In this document: in pieces, positions 19,028 through 29,538 of the stretch | Layout: each line of letters begins with the position of its first letter | How positions within the stretch are numbered: the first letter of the stretch is position 1 | NCBI GenBank assembly: GCA_965204745.1 | Contig: OZ242010.1 | Coordinates: 2,048,001-2,112,000, forward strand | Direction of reading: 5' to 3' | DNA: 64,000 bases | Origin: Candidatus Latescibacterota bacterium | GTDB lineage: Bacteria; Latescibacterota; UBA2968 | Notes under the pieces: generated by a model | The model's input: the letters and a program-made list of their open reading frames with translations, nothing else | Database searches by the model: none | Told to the model about the DNA's origin: nothing | Made by a program: the position numbers and the translations under genes

Positions 19028-21451
19028 ATGAAGACCTTCTCGATTTTGATGTTTGGATGCTTGCTCGCGACTTCGGCGTGGGCAGCGGATAGCCAAGTGG
19101 ATTCCCTGTATCGCGCCGCGCTGGCGCGCATGAATGAGATCGACCCCAAAGAGAGTGTCGATGCCTTCAAACAGGTGCTGAAGAAAGATGGCAAGTACGC
19201 GGCCGCACTCGCACAACTGACCCGGCTCTACATTCGCTTGGACACGCCCGAATTTCGGCGCCGGGCCGTGGAAGCGAGTGAAAAGGCGATTCGGATCGAT
19301 CCCGAAAATTTGCAGTACCAACTCCTGCACGGCGAGGCGTTGTGGAACAGGGGGTTTCAGCGTCAGGCCAAGGCGCATTACGAAAAGGTGATTGAAAAAT
19401 TCCCCAATGCCGCGGTTGCGGCCTACGACGCCGGGCGGCATGTGTTGGGCGAATACATGATCACGCGCGACCGCGTCTTGTCGCGCCGGGGGGCGATTCG
19501 GTCTTTTGCGAAAAACGAATACGACCAAGCCGTGATGCTGTTGGAAAAGAGTTTGGAGGTCGACGCGGGCTATCGGGATTCCCATTATCTTTTGGCCCTC
19601 GCCCATTTGGAGCACCGCAGAATCCCGGCGATGCAAAAGGTGATGAAGCGGATGATGCGAAAATTTCCCGACGACATCAACGCGCAGTTGTTCTTGGCCT
19701 ATTCGCACCAACTTCAGGGCAATTTGTTAGAGGCCAACAAATTGTACGAGCAGGCTATCGCGGGCATGGACCCCGAACAGCGCGAAATGATGGAATCGGT
19801 CGAACTCATCGCGTCCAAAGAAGACCATGCGCGTATCGCCAAAGCCCTGAAAACGGACGCGGACGAGGAGTGGCGCGACTCTCCTGCGCTGACGCGGTTT
19901 TGGAACAAAAACGATCCCCTATTTCTCACCGCCCACAACGAGCGGCGGATGGAGCACTACGGCCGCGTGGCATACTCAAATTTGCGCTTTAGCGTGCCCT
20001 CGCGCAATATCGAAGGCTGGAAGACCATTCGCGGGCAGACGTACATCAAATACGGCAAGTACCAGCGGCGCACGACCGGCGTATTTCCCATGTTCAAGGA
20101 AACCTGGTACTACGGCGGGTACCGGTTCACGTTCCAAAGCGTGAACGGCGTGGACGGTTGGGGATTTGCAGGCGAAGTGGGGCCGAGCACCACAGTGGAT
20201 CTCATCGGCAGGGACCCCAATGCACAGCGCACGCGCAATGTCGATGCCACGCAGGTAGCCGCAACGCTCTTCAAAAAATCCACCAACCCGCAATGGGCGA
20301 GCGACAAGATGCGCGAGGAGTACTACGAAATTCAAAACCGCGCCGCGTTCAAAAAGAAAGAAGCGCGGTTTGTCGATCCGTTCCAAAGCCGCAAATACTC
20401 CTTGCCGCATCAGATTACCGCTTTCCGGGCGGGCGAGCAGATGCGCTTGGAAATCGCGTATGCCATTCCCTTGGACAAACTCAAAGCGAGCGACGAGCAG
20501 GCCCTGGTCATGGATGACGGCTTGTTTTTGTTCGATTATTTGTGGCGCGATATTTATCGCAACGTGCGCCCCTTGGGGCAAAAGCAACCGGCTGTGGGCG
20601 GCGGCCCTCAGTACTTGCTCGGGCAACGCGCGATGACCCTGCCCCAAGGCACGTACAACGTGGTGATCGAAGTCGGCGACCGGGTCAGCGGGTCTATCGG
20701 CACGTTCCGCACAGAACGCCTGTTGACCGTGTCCGAATCCCGCTTGGACATGAGCGACCTCTTGCTCGCCAAGCAGATCGAACTGGTCAATCCCTTTCCC
20801 GAAAAACGCACGGACTTGCGGATTGCCCCCAATCCACTGCGCGCGTACCGCTCTGGCGGCTCGGCCTTTGTCTATTTGGAAATCTACAACCTGACGCAAG
20901 ACGACTTTGGGCGCACGGAATACCGGATCACGTACAGCTTGAGCGTGCCGGAAAAAGAGGAAGTCAACCCCGCGATGTTCGGCGCCGTGGCCCTCAAAAA
21001 AGTGGGCGGCCTGCTGATCGTGCCAACCGCTGAAGAACTGGCCGCAGAACAAGAGGACGCAACCACTAGCAGCAATGACATCCTCGCCGCGGGCAGCGCG
21101 CTCGACGGCACGGATGGCGTCGACATGCCAGACGAAGATGCCCTCTCCGGCGATGCCATGGCCGGCGGCGAGGAATCCCTCAAAGCCCGCCCCGTGGAGT
21201 TTGAAGTGCAATACGTGTTGCCCGAGCGCAACCAGATGGCCGAGTCCCTCGAAGCACTGCGCCGTGCCGGGCAGCAGAGCAGCACGTCGATCAGTTCGAT
21301 GTACGCGGGCGATAAGCCCGATGATTTCACCTTTTTGGAAATCGACCTGTCCAAAATGCCGCGCGGGGTGTACAAACTCGCCGTCGCCGTCGCGGATGTG
21401 AAGACCAACAAACAGGTCAGACGCAATGCCATCTTCCGCGTGCGCGAGTAG
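19028..21451 (+). CDS. Exported TPR + GWxTD-domain protein
   Basis: Signal peptide, TPR-like helices, FWNKNDP.F.T..NERRMEHYGRVAYSN..F.....GWKTIRGQTYIKYG, and an Ig-like C-terminus. Confidence 0.85.
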   Translation: MKTFSILMFGCLLATSAWAADSQVDSLYRAALARMNEIDPKESVDAFKQVLKKDGKYAAALAQLTRLYIRLDTPEFRRRAVEASEKAIRIDPENLQYQLLHGEALWNRGFQRQAKAHYEKVIEKFPNAAVAAYDAGRHVLGEYMITRDRVLSRRGAIRSFAKNEYDQAVMLLEKSLEVDAGYRDSHYLLALAHLEHRRIPAMQKVMKRMMRKFPDDINAQLFLAYSHQLQGNLLEANKLYEQAIAGMDPEQREMMESVELIASKEDHARIAKALKTDADEEWRDSPALTRFWNKNDPLFLTAHNERRMEHYGRVAYSNLRFSVPSRNIEGWKTIRGQTYIKYGKYQRRTTGVFPMFKETWYYGGYRFTFQSVNGVDGWGFAGEVGPSTTVDLIGRDPNAQRTRNVDATQVAATLFKKSTNPQWASDKMREEYYEIQNRAAFKKKEARFVDPFQSRKYSLPHQITAFRAGEQMRLEIAYAIPLDKLKASDEQALVMDDGLFLFDYLWRDIYRNVRPLGQKQPAVGGGPQYLLGQRAMTLPQGTYNVVIEVGDRVSGSIGTFRTERLLTVSESRLDMSDLLLAKQIELVNPFPEKRTDLRIAPNPLRAYRSGGSAFVYLEIYNLTQDDFGRTEYRITYSLSVPEKEEVNPAMFGAVALKKVGGLLIVPTAEELAAEQEDATTSSNDILAAGSALDGTDGVDMPDEDALSGDAMAGGEESLKARPVEFEVQYVLPERNQMAESLEALRRAGQQSSTSISSMYAGDKPDDFTFLEIDLSKMPRGVYKLAVAVADVKTNKQVRRNAIFRVRE

Positions 21452-21520
21452 GAGTTGCGACGCGGAGCGTAACAATACCCCTTTCGCTATCGAAATTTTC
21501 CAAAAAAAGGAGGATGCACG

Positions 21521-22234
21521 ATGATTGGATTCGACACGCTCAAGGCGGCCGTGCGGTTGCAGGATGAAGCCGGCTTTGACGAGCACCAAGCGCGGATTTT
21601 GGTGGCTACATTTGCCGAGGGGCTCGGCGAGGATATCGCCACGAGGGATGGATTGGCACAAACCGAGGCCATCCTGCGGAGCGATATGAAGAAAACTGAA
21701 GTCGCCTTGCGGAGCGACATGGAGAAGGTGGAAACCACTCTGCGGAGCGACATGGAGAAGGTGGAAGCCACCCTGCGCGGTGAAATTGAAGCCCTGCGGA
21801 ACGACATGGAGAAGATGGAAGCCACCCTGCGCGGTGAAATTGAAGCCCTGCGGAACGACATGGAGAAGATGGAAACCACCCTGCGGAGCGACATGGAGAA
21901 GATGGAAGCCACCCTGCGCGGTGAAATTGAAGCCCTGCGGAACGACATGGAGAAGATGGAAGCCACCTTGCGGAGCGACATGGAGAAGATGGAAGCCACC
22001 CTGCGCGGTGAAATTGAAGCCCTGCGGAGCGACATGGAGAAGATGGAAGCCACCTTGCAGAGCAACATGGAGAAGATGGAAGCCACCCTGCGCGGTGAGA
22101 TTGAAGCCCTGCGTGCCGAGATGAGAGCACTTGAACTGCGCCTGACGATCAAATTGGGCGGCATTCTCGTGCTTGCCCTCGGCTTGATGACCGCGATCAA
22201 CAAGTTGCTTGGTGCAACCCCACCGGTCCCTTAA
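21521..22234 (+). CDS. DUF1640/CCDC90-like coiled-coil membrane-anchored protein
   Basis: FDTLKA..RL..AGF.E.QA head, ATRD neck, repeat stalk, C-terminal TM (LTIKLGGILVLALGL); RBS AGGAGG. Confidence 0.8.
   Translation: MIGFDTLKAAVRLQDEAGFDEHQARILVATFAEGLGEDIATRDGLAQTEAILRSDMKKTEVALRSDMEKVETTLRSDMEKVEATLRGEIEALRNDMEKMEATLRGEIEALRNDMEKMETTLRSDMEKMEATLRGEIEALRNDMEKMEATLRSDMEKMEATLRGEIEALRSDMEKMEATLQSNMEKMEATLRGEIEALRAEMRALELRLTIKLGGILVLALGLMTAINKLLGATPPVP
21674..22108 (+). repeat. Intragenic mosaic of 33-bp and 21-bp repeats
   Basis: Ten LRSDMEKMEAT-type units and five LRGEIEA units in the order AAABABAABAABAAB. Confidence 0.92.
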
Positions 22235-22259
22235 TGGTTTATTTTTTGCGTTATTCCAA

Positions 22260-23138
22260 ATGACCGCGATAGATAATGCGCTGGCGATTACAGAACAAAA
22301 CCTGTCCGCTGTCTCCTGCGACCAAGTGTTGCGCGATCTCAATGCGTTTTGGGCGCGGCGGGACGCGGACAACATCGTCTTGGACCTGTCTGGCCTGAAC
22401 TTTGCCGATCCCTATGGCATGGGCATGTTGTGTTTGATCGGCCGGCATTTGAGCACCAAATACTGGGACATCGCGTGTCGGTTGCCCGCGGATTCGGACA
22501 TTGAAAGTTATTTGACGCGGATGAACGTGTTCGACATTTTGCGGGCTTATGTGACCGTGGAACGCACGCCGCAAATGGGACGACCGCCGGTCCACAACGA
22601 GAGCTTGTTGGAAATAACAGCCATCGAGCAGCGCGGGGACATCGAGCAGGTGTTGGGCGTCATCGAAGCGCGGGTGGGCGCGATTCTGAGCGCGGAGTTG
22701 CGCTATACCGTGCGAGAGATTACGGGCTTCAAGAATGTGGTGGCCGAATTGTGTCACAATATCCTCGACCACAGCGGGGACAAGGGATTCGTGGTGGCGC
22801 AACGCTACGTCAATCACAGGGTTCAGCGAAAATTTGCGATCATCGGCGTATGCGACTTGGGCATCGGCATTCGGGAAAGCCTAGCCACCAAGCACAATGC
22901 GTCTCGATGGACGCACGGGCAGGCGATCCAAATGGCGGTTCAAAAAACCGTCTCCCGCGGCGACACCCGGGGCTTGGGGCTATACATCGTGAAACAAATC
23001 TGCCTCGAAAACAACGGCAGTTTGCACATTCGCTCCGGCGATGAGCGCGTGTGCATCCGCGGCGACCACACCTGGGTAAATCCATCTGCCATGTTCCCCG
23101 GCACGCAGGTGAGCATCAGGCTTTACGAGAAGGGGTGA
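22260..23138 (+). CDS. STAS-like + HATPase_c domain protein
   Basis: LDLSGLNFADPYG (STAS-like); ELCHNILDHS, CDLGIGI, RGLGL, FPGT (GHKL boxes). Confidence 0.8.
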   Translation: MTAIDNALAITEQNLSAVSCDQVLRDLNAFWARRDADNIVLDLSGLNFADPYGMGMLCLIGRHLSTKYWDIACRLPADSDIESYLTRMNVFDILRAYVTVERTPQMGRPPVHNESLLEITAIEQRGDIEQVLGVIEARVGAILSAELRYTVREITGFKNVVAELCHNILDHSGDKGFVVAQRYVNHRVQRKFAIIGVCDLGIGIRESLATKHNASRWTHGQAIQMAVQKTVSRGDTRGLGLYIVKQICLENNGSLHIRSGDERVCIRGDHTWVNPSAMFPGTQVSIRLYEKG

Positions 23139-23258
23139 GGGTGAATCAACGGAACGCGGTACAACAGGTCATCTCTCAGGTCAGTTCATGAAAAAAATAG
23201 CGCAAAAAAATACATCCGCGTTGTTTTTTTGACATTGATTACATCGAGGAGCACTCCT

Positions 23259-24059
23259 ATGACCGACGATGAAAAATACCTCTTTGATCTCAACGGGTAT
23301 CTCGTCATTGAAAATGTTTTGATGGCTGATGAACTCGCCTTGGCAAACGAAGCGGTTGATCGCCACCTCGACCGGGGGCGCGTGCGCTCGAGGGAACAGC
23401 GTCTCGATGGCGACTCGCCCGCCTTGAAAGGCACGCATGGGCGCGGCGAACTGCGCGATCTCATCCACTGGGCCGAACCCTGGTGCCATCCCTTTCGAGA
23501 TATGCTCGCGCATCCGCGCATCGTGCCTTACCTCAACGAACTGCTCGGCAAGGGCTTTCGCGTCGATCACCAGATGTTTTTGCTCTGGATGGACAAAGGC
23601 GCGGAAGGCCATCGCTTTCACGGCTCCTCCGGGCCTGGGTTTGACCCCAACCAGTACTATATTTTTAAAAATGGCAAAATGCACAACGGGCTTACCGTGG
23701 TCTCATTTCAACTCACCGCTGTCAACGCGGGCGATGGCGGTTTATGCGTCATTCCCGGATCGCACAAAAGCAATTATCCCTGCCCACTGGACACGCGCCT
23801 CTACCAAAAACACCGGGAACACATTCGCCAACTCACCTGTCGGGCAGGCGACGCGATCATCTTCACCGAAGCTGTCACGCACGGCACCTTGCCATGGACC
23901 GCCGACCATCCGCGCAGGTCAACGCTCACGCGCTACACCGCCGGCAACATGGCCTACGTCCGCGCTTACGACATCCCCGACTGGGCAAACGCACGGCACC
24001 GCGCGGTCATGCAACCGCCCTACCACACGCGCCTCAATCGCCCAACACTCGAGGAATGA
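23259..24059 (+). CDS. PhyH-family Fe(II)/2-oxoglutarate enzyme
   Basis: FDLNGYLVIENVL, GGLCVIPGSHK, AGDAIIF...THG, RRS; metal motif reads H-G-S. Confidence 0.85.
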   Translation: MTDDEKYLFDLNGYLVIENVLMADELALANEAVDRHLDRGRVRSREQRLDGDSPALKGTHGRGELRDLIHWAEPWCHPFRDMLAHPRIVPYLNELLGKGFRVDHQMFLLWMDKGAEGHRFHGSSGPGFDPNQYYIFKNGKMHNGLTVVSFQLTAVNAGDGGLCVIPGSHKSNYPCPLDTRLYQKHREHIRQLTCRAGDAIIFTEAVTHGTLPWTADHPRRSTLTRYTAGNMAYVRAYDIPDWANARHRAVMQPPYHTRLNRPTLEE

Positions 24060-24099
24060 GAAGGATAATTCGGTCTCACTTTCAAGGATTGGATACGCC

Positions 24100-25497
24100 A
24101 TGGCTTTCAAAGTAAAAATCAAAAACATCGGCAAACTCGCGGATGCAGAAATTCACATCGGCGATTTCACCGTGTTTGCGGGGCCAAACAACACGGGAAA
24201 GAGCTTTGTCTCCAAACTCCTGTATTCGCTTTTTAATGCGATGAATGCAAACCATGCCGAGACGCATCTCAACAATCTGCTCGAGCCTGTTAAACTTACT
24301 TTGTGGAATCTGATGGCGCAGGTGAGACATGATCGAGGTGGTTATTATAGTAGGGCGATCCACTCGTGGCAGTCTTCGATGGAAAAACAAACAAAAAAAT
24401 TGGAAATACTTGTTAAGGAGGTTTCTATTGATGAGTTCGATAACGAGAACATTATTTTTGCTCTTATCAGCCAAATGGAACAAATGCAGCAAATAGCCGC
24501 CGATATTCCGCAGTCCTTCTTAAAAACAACGGATAAAAGGAGCCGGACGGACTGGGACAGACTGACAACTTCATTAGCCGAGTTGCAAGAGCAACTCCAC
24601 CGAACAGATGCGGAAGGTTTTATCGTCGCTGGTATAGAGTATGAAATTCACCAAAATCTGATTCGGAATTTCCAAGTGCCAAATACTTCTGCTCTTCAAC
24701 GGGAAGAAAGCAGACCATCAGAGGTTGAGGTTGAGGACTTTAGCGCATTCAAATTATCGCATGATGAGGGATTGGAATTCCGAATAAATAAATCGTGGCT
24801 AAGGCAATTGCAGGAGTACTCCAGGGTCATCTACTTGGAATCACCCGTTTATTGGAAATTGAAACCCGCGTTGGAAGACATACGAGATTATCCAGTTCGG
24901 TTCAGGGATAGGGAACGGCTCAGCGGGGTTCCGGGGTATTTCTATGACTTGAGCAGAGCATTGAGATTTGAATACACCGGAGACATGGCCTTCCCGGATG
25001 TATATGATAATCTGACCAGCGAAGAAATTATCGGCGGCAGGATCGCCATTTCCGAAACCGGCGATTTGTCCTTCCGGGAAAATGGGCGCAATTTCTCAAT
25101 GCCCGTCACCGCGACGGGCATTGCCAACCTCGGCATCCTCGCATTGCTGATTGAGCGCAAGGTCCTTGATAAAGGGACTTTCCTATTTATCGACGAACCG
25201 GAAGCGCATCTGCATCCGGCCTGGCAGGTCATCATGGCGGAAAGCCTCTTTGAGTTGTCCTGCCAAGGCGTGAACATCGCGATTGCCACGCACAGTGTAG
25301 ATATCCTCAAATGGCTGGAAGTTCGCGCAACGAAAAACCCGGAGGATAAGCAACTCATCGCGCTCAATCACTTTTCTGCCACTGGCGTTAATCAAGACCA
25401 TGAGGAAAATGCCGAAGACGATTTTGAAACCAGAATGGCAGAGATCAAACAAGAACTGACCAAGCCCTTCTCCGATTTGTACATGGAGGGGTTATGA
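24100..25497 (+). CDS. ABC/AAA ATPase (AAA_15/AAA_21-like)
   Basis: Walker A GPNNTGKS, Walker B FIDEPEAHLHP, H-loop ATHS. True start at ATG 24100; the longer ORF call overlaps the PhyH gene. Confidence 0.9.
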   Translation: MAFKVKIKNIGKLADAEIHIGDFTVFAGPNNTGKSFVSKLLYSLFNAMNANHAETHLNNLLEPVKLTLWNLMAQVRHDRGGYYSRAIHSWQSSMEKQTKKLEILVKEVSIDEFDNENIIFALISQMEQMQQIAADIPQSFLKTTDKRSRTDWDRLTTSLAELQEQLHRTDAEGFIVAGIEYEIHQNLIRNFQVPNTSALQREESRPSEVEVEDFSAFKLSHDEGLEFRINKSWLRQLQEYSRVIYLESPVYWKLKPALEDIRDYPVRFRDRERLSGVPGYFYDLSRALRFEYTGDMAFPDVYDNLTSEEIIGGRIAISETGDLSFRENGRNFSMPVTATGIANLGILALLIERKVLDKGTFLFIDEPEAHLHPAWQVIMAESLFELSCQGVNIAIATHSVDILKWLEVRATKNPEDKQLIALNHFSATGVNQDHEENAEDDFETRMAEIKQELTKPFSDLYMEGL

Positions 25498-26081
25498 TGG
25501 ACCTGAAAAAATTCTTGCAACCGATTACGCTTGCACGTAAGCCTCTCCAAAACCACCAGGCCTATCGCATGGATGGCACTCTACCGCAACCCGATATGAG
25601 AAAAGATGTGGGTTTGGGAACTTGTAATTGCTGTGATTATTTTCTGATCAGCAATGGGGTTGTTGTCTTAATTGAAGAGACCCAACTCTTGCGACACATC
25701 AAGCGTTTGAGAAACGAGTACAATTATCTCAGAGGCACTGACCAAATGGAATTTATCAAAGGGGACATCCGACGAGAAAACTGGCTGAAAGTTTATGGGT
25801 CAATGCTCGTCTTGTGTCGATTGGCTACGGTATGCAAAGAAGCGAAAGACCTTTTTGGAAACAAAAAATACAAATTTTGGCTCGTCGTCAGCGACACAAA
25901 TATGACAGATGCCGAGGAGTCCGATGCCCAAATGATTTTTGACCATCTGAAAGACAAGTTATACCTCGACCTGAAAAGTCTCTTATCAGGCAAAATTGTA
26001 GCTGATGCCGAAATCGTACCATCCCCTGAATTTGTACGCAAATTACCAACACAGGCTCCATTTTTTCAATTGACGCCTTGA
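25494..26081 (+). CDS. Hypothetical protein coupled to the ATPase, possible PD-(D/E)XK-like fold
   Basis: ATGA overlap with the ATPase stop; CNCCDYF...VVVLIEET motif. Confidence 0.7.
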   Translation: MMDLKKFLQPITLARKPLQNHQAYRMDGTLPQPDMRKDVGLGTCNCCDYFLISNGVVVLIEETQLLRHIKRLRNEYNYLRGTDQMEFIKGDIRRENWLKVYGSMLVLCRLATVCKEAKDLFGNKKYKFWLVVSDTNMTDAEESDAQMIFDHLKDKLYLDLKSLLSGKIVADAEIVPSPEFVRKLPTQAPFFQLTP

Positions 26082-26143
26082 AACCATATATTCTTTGGCG
26101 ACTTGGCCTGCTGTCAGGGGCAGAGGATTGAGGCTGTCTTAAT

Positions 26144-27442
26144 ATGAAAAATTTCTCGGGGATGACCCTCGCACAAATTCGCACGTACGTCAAATCTGCC
26201 GAATCACTGGACGAAACGAGTCTGCACGCGCTCGAGCGGGATGGGCGCGTTGGGGTGCGGGCAATCGCGGAGCAGGTGCGAAAGAGGAGAAAAGCACGAG
26301 CACGCGAAAAAGCGCGCCTCGAGCGCATGCTCGCGTTGGAGAGAAAACTCAGGGCGCGAGGCATTGAACACATCGCGGGCGTGGATGAAGCCGGGCGTGG
26401 GCCACTTGCGGGCCCTGTCTTCGCGGCAGCGGTCGTGTTGCCACCAGATACGCTCATTCCCGGATTGAACGACTCCAAGGCCCTGTCCGCAAGGCACAGA
26501 GAATCCCTTTTCAAAATCATCCACGAGGTGGCCCTCGCCATTGGCGTGGGCAAAGCGTCTCCACGAGAGATCGACAAATACAATATCCGCAACGCCACGC
26601 ATCGCGCCATGTGCAAAGGTCTCGATGCACTCGGCATGTCGCCCGACCGCGTGCTCGTGGATGGCAATGCGGTTCCGCGCAGTCCGTTTCCGGAACAGGC
26701 GATAGTCGGCGGGGACAGGGCGTCGCTTTCCATTGCCGCGGCATCCGTGATCGCCAAAGTGACGCGCGACCGTTTGATGATCGCGTACGACGCGAAATAT
26801 CCGGATTACGGCTTTGCTACGCACAAGGGATACGGTAGCGCGGATCACCTCGCGGCCTTGCGAAAACACGGCCCTTGCCCGATCCACCGGCAGTCTTTCA
26901 AAGGCGTTTTTGAAGTGGCGCGAAACCGATCCGAGGATTTTGAAATTTTTGCCGAGGGGATTCGCGCCGCGACCAATGGGGACGAACTCCATGCCATTGG
27001 CGAGGCCATTGCCAGCGCACGCACGCACATCGCGCAAGACGAACTCGCGGCCCTGCGCCAACTCTTTCGCACGCGCCGCGCTCGCCTTCGGGAATCGGGA
27101 CCCAAAGGTGAGCAGTTGGCAGAGACGTTTTTGAAGCAAAAGGGATATGACATTCTCGTGCGAGGCTTTCGCGCCTTGGGCGGTGAAATTGACCTGATTG
27201 CACAGCGGGACAACACCTTGATTTTCGTGGAGGTCAAAACCGCATCTACCGCGCATTTTGGACCGCCCGAATCCTGGGTGACGCCGGCCAAGCAAGCGCA
27301 GATCATCAAGGTCGCCACCGCGTACCTGCAACGGCTACCGGACCACTTGGCACCGCGATTTGACGTCATCGCCGTCGATCTTACGCGCCCACGCCCCGTC
27401 ATCCGGCACTATGAAAATGCGTTTGGAGTGAAGGAAGGGTAA
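26144..27442 (+). CDS. rnhB: Ribonuclease HII fused to a YraN (UPF0102) domain
   Basis: GVDEAGRGPLAGPV, LNDSK, SIAAASVIAKVTRD, HKGYG; C-terminal GEQLAETFL..KGY...GEIDLIA...FVEVKT...RFDVI. Confidence 0.92.
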   Translation: MKNFSGMTLAQIRTYVKSAESLDETSLHALERDGRVGVRAIAEQVRKRRKARAREKARLERMLALERKLRARGIEHIAGVDEAGRGPLAGPVFAAAVVLPPDTLIPGLNDSKALSARHRESLFKIIHEVALAIGVGKASPREIDKYNIRNATHRAMCKGLDALGMSPDRVLVDGNAVPRSPFPEQAIVGGDRASLSIAAASVIAKVTRDRLMIAYDAKYPDYGFATHKGYGSADHLAALRKHGPCPIHRQSFKGVFEVARNRSEDFEIFAEGIRAATNGDELHAIGEAIASARTHIAQDELAALRQLFRTRRARLRESGPKGEQLAETFLKQKGYDILVRGFRALGGEIDLIAQRDNTLIFVEVKTASTAHFGPPESWVTPAKQAQIIKVATAYLQRLPDHLAPRFDVIAVDLTRPRPVIRHYENAFGVKEG

Positions 27443-27482
27443 GCGATCAGCACATACATCGCCTTGGGGTGGAAGGGTGGGG

Positions 27483-27506
27483 ACTGACAACTGACAACTG
27501 ACAACT
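27483..27506 (+). repeat. (ACTGACA)n heptamer repeat
   Basis: Three-plus units; same family at about 616-638, 33137-33160, 53421-53440 and 63506-63585. Confidence 0.85.
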
Positions 27507-27543
27507 TGGTGGTCGGGTTGGGCGGGGTTCTTCTATGCCATTC

Positions 27544-29538
27544 CTACCGATTGGCGAGGAGGTCGTCGACCACAGCGGGGTCCGCGAGGGTGGAGGTGTC
27601 GCCGAGGTCAGACGTGTCGTTTTCGGCGATCTTGCGGAGGATGCGGCGCATGATTTTGCCGGACCGGGTTTTGGGCAGTCCAGGTGCCCAGTGGATCGCG
27701 TCTGGCGTGGCGATGGGGCCGATTTCCGTGCGGACTTGTCGGACGAGTTCGGCCTTGAGGTCGTCGGTATAGGCTTCGCCCGCGTTGAGCGTGACATAAG
27801 CGTAAATGCCTTGGCCCTTGATTTCGTGCGGGAAGCCCACCACGGCGGCTTCGGCCACTTTGCCGTGGGAGACCAACGCGCTTTCGACTTCGGCAGTGCC
27901 CATGCGGTGGCCCGAGATGTTGATCACGTCATCGACCCGCCCGGTGATCCAATAGTACCCGTCTTCATCCCGGCGGCAACCGTCGCCCGTGAAGTAAAAT
28001 CCCTTGTACTGCTGAAAATAGGTTTCCTCAAACCGCTTGTGATCCCCATAGACGGTCCGCATTTGCCCGGGCCAGGGTTCGGAAATCGCGAGCACGCCAT
28101 CCACGCCATCGCCCTCGACGACTTTGCCGGATTCGGGTTCGAGCACCACGGGTTTGATGCCGTACAAGGGCAGGGTGGCCGAGCCGGGTTTGGTGGGGGT
28201 CGCGCCCGGCAAGGGGCTGATGAGAATGCCCCCGGTCTCGGTTTGCCACCACGTATCCACGATGGGGCATCGCCCGCGCCCAATATTGCGATGGTACCAC
28301 TGCCACGCTTCCGGGTTGATGGGCTCGCCCACTGTGCCGAGGAGTTTGAGCGATGACAAATCGTATTTGGCGGGCCAGGATTCGCCCTCGCGGGTGAGGG
28401 CGCGAATGGCCGTGGGCGCGGTGTAGAATTGATTGACCTGGTATTTGTCGATGACCTGCCAGTAGCGGCCCGGATCCGGATAGACCGGCGTGCTTTCAAA
28501 CATGATGGTGGTGGCCGCATTTGCCAGGGGGCCGTAGATGATGTAGGAATGGCCCGTGATCCAGCCGATGTCAGCCGCGCAAAAGTAGATGTCCCCGGCT
28601 CGATAGTCGAAAACGTGTTTGTGCGTAAAACCCGTGTACACCATGTACCCGCCTACATTGTGTTGCACGCCCTTGGGCTTGCCGGTGGAGCCAGAGGTGT
28701 AGAGGATGAAGAGTGGGTCTTCGGCGTCCATCGCTTCGCACGGGCAGTCCGCACGCGCTTCTGCCATCGCGTCGTGCCACCAGAGGTCGCGGCCTTCCCG
28801 CATGGGACATGGCATGTCTGGACGTTCTCCGACGCGCTGAACGACGATGCAGGTGTGGACATGGGCATCGGGCATGCGCGAATCGGCCAAGGCGATGGCT
28901 TCGTCCGCGGGTTGCTTGCGCGCCATGGGGCGGTCGCCGCGGAACATGCCATCGGTGGTCAGCACCACGCGACAAGCGGAATCCACAATGCGATCCGCCA
29001 ATGCCTCGGCGGAAAAGCCCCCAAAGACGATGGAATGGATCGCACCGATGCGCGCACAGGCCAGCATGGCGATGGCGAGCTCGGGGATCATGGGCATATA
29101 AATCGAGACGCAGTCGCCTTTTTTGACCCCGCGCGATTTGAGCACATTGGCGAATTTGCACACTTGCTCGTGCAATTCTTTGTACGTGAGTTGGGCGTCT
29201 TCGCCGGGTTCGTTGCCCTCCCAAATAATGGCGACCTGATCCCCCCGAGATTTGAGGTGACGGTCGATGCAGTTGTACGCGATATTGGTTTTCGCCCCTT
29301 CAAACCACCGGATGGAGATCGGCCCCTGATCCATGTCGTAGTTGTAGGAGCGCACGGCGTCCCATTTTTTGTACCAGTGGAATGAATCGGCGACCCCTGC
29401 CCAGAACGCTTCGGGATCGGCAATCGACAGGGCGTATTGTTGCCGGTATGCGTCCATGCTGGGCACATGCGCCGCGGCACTGAGCGTTTTCGGGGGGATG
29501 TACGTCCCGTTTTTTTCGACCACTTGATTCGTTGCCAT
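27544..29538 (-). CDS. acs: Acetyl-CoA synthetase
   Basis: [37 protein letters not shown]. Confidence 0.97.
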   Translation of the reverse strand: MATNQVVEKNGTYIPPKTLSAAAHVPSMDAYRQQYALSIADPEAFWAGVADSFHWYKKWDAVRSYNYDMDQGPISIRWFEGAKTNIAYNCIDRHLKSRGDQVAIIWEGNEPGEDAQLTYKELHEQVCKFANVLKSRGVKKGDCVSIYMPMIPELAIAMLACARIGAIHSIVFGGFSAEALADRIVDSACRVVLTTDGMFRGDRPMARKQPADEAIALADSRMPDAHVHTCIVVQRVGERPDMPCPMREGRDLWWHDAMAEARADCPCEAMDAEDPLFILYTSGSTGKPKGVQHNVGGYMVYTGFTHKHVFDYRAGDIYFCAADIGWITGHSYIIYGPLANAATTIMFESTPVYPDPGRYWQVIDKYQVNQFYTAPTAIRALTREGESWPAKYDLSSLKLLGTVGEPINPEAWQWYHRNIGRGRCPIVDTWWQTETGGILISPLPGATPTKPGSATLPLYGIKPVVLEPESGKVVEGDGVDGVLAISEPWPGQMRTVYGDHKRFEETYFQQYKGFYFTGDGCRRDEDGYYWITGRVDDVINISGHRMGTAEVESALVSHGKVAEAAVVGFPHEIKGQGIYAYVTLNAGEAYTDDLKAELVRQVRTEIGPIATPDAIHWAPGLPKTRSGKIMRRILRKIAENDTSDLGDTSTLADPAVVDDLLANR

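Noticed and set aside
19976-22375. 799-aa minus-strand ORF with repeats
   Set aside because: Antisense to the GWxTD and coiled-coil genes; its repeats mirror the sense-strand repeat.
23437-24099. N-terminal extension of the 686-aa ATPase ORF
   Set aside because: Overlaps the PhyH gene in another frame; Walker A position indicates the real start is 24100.
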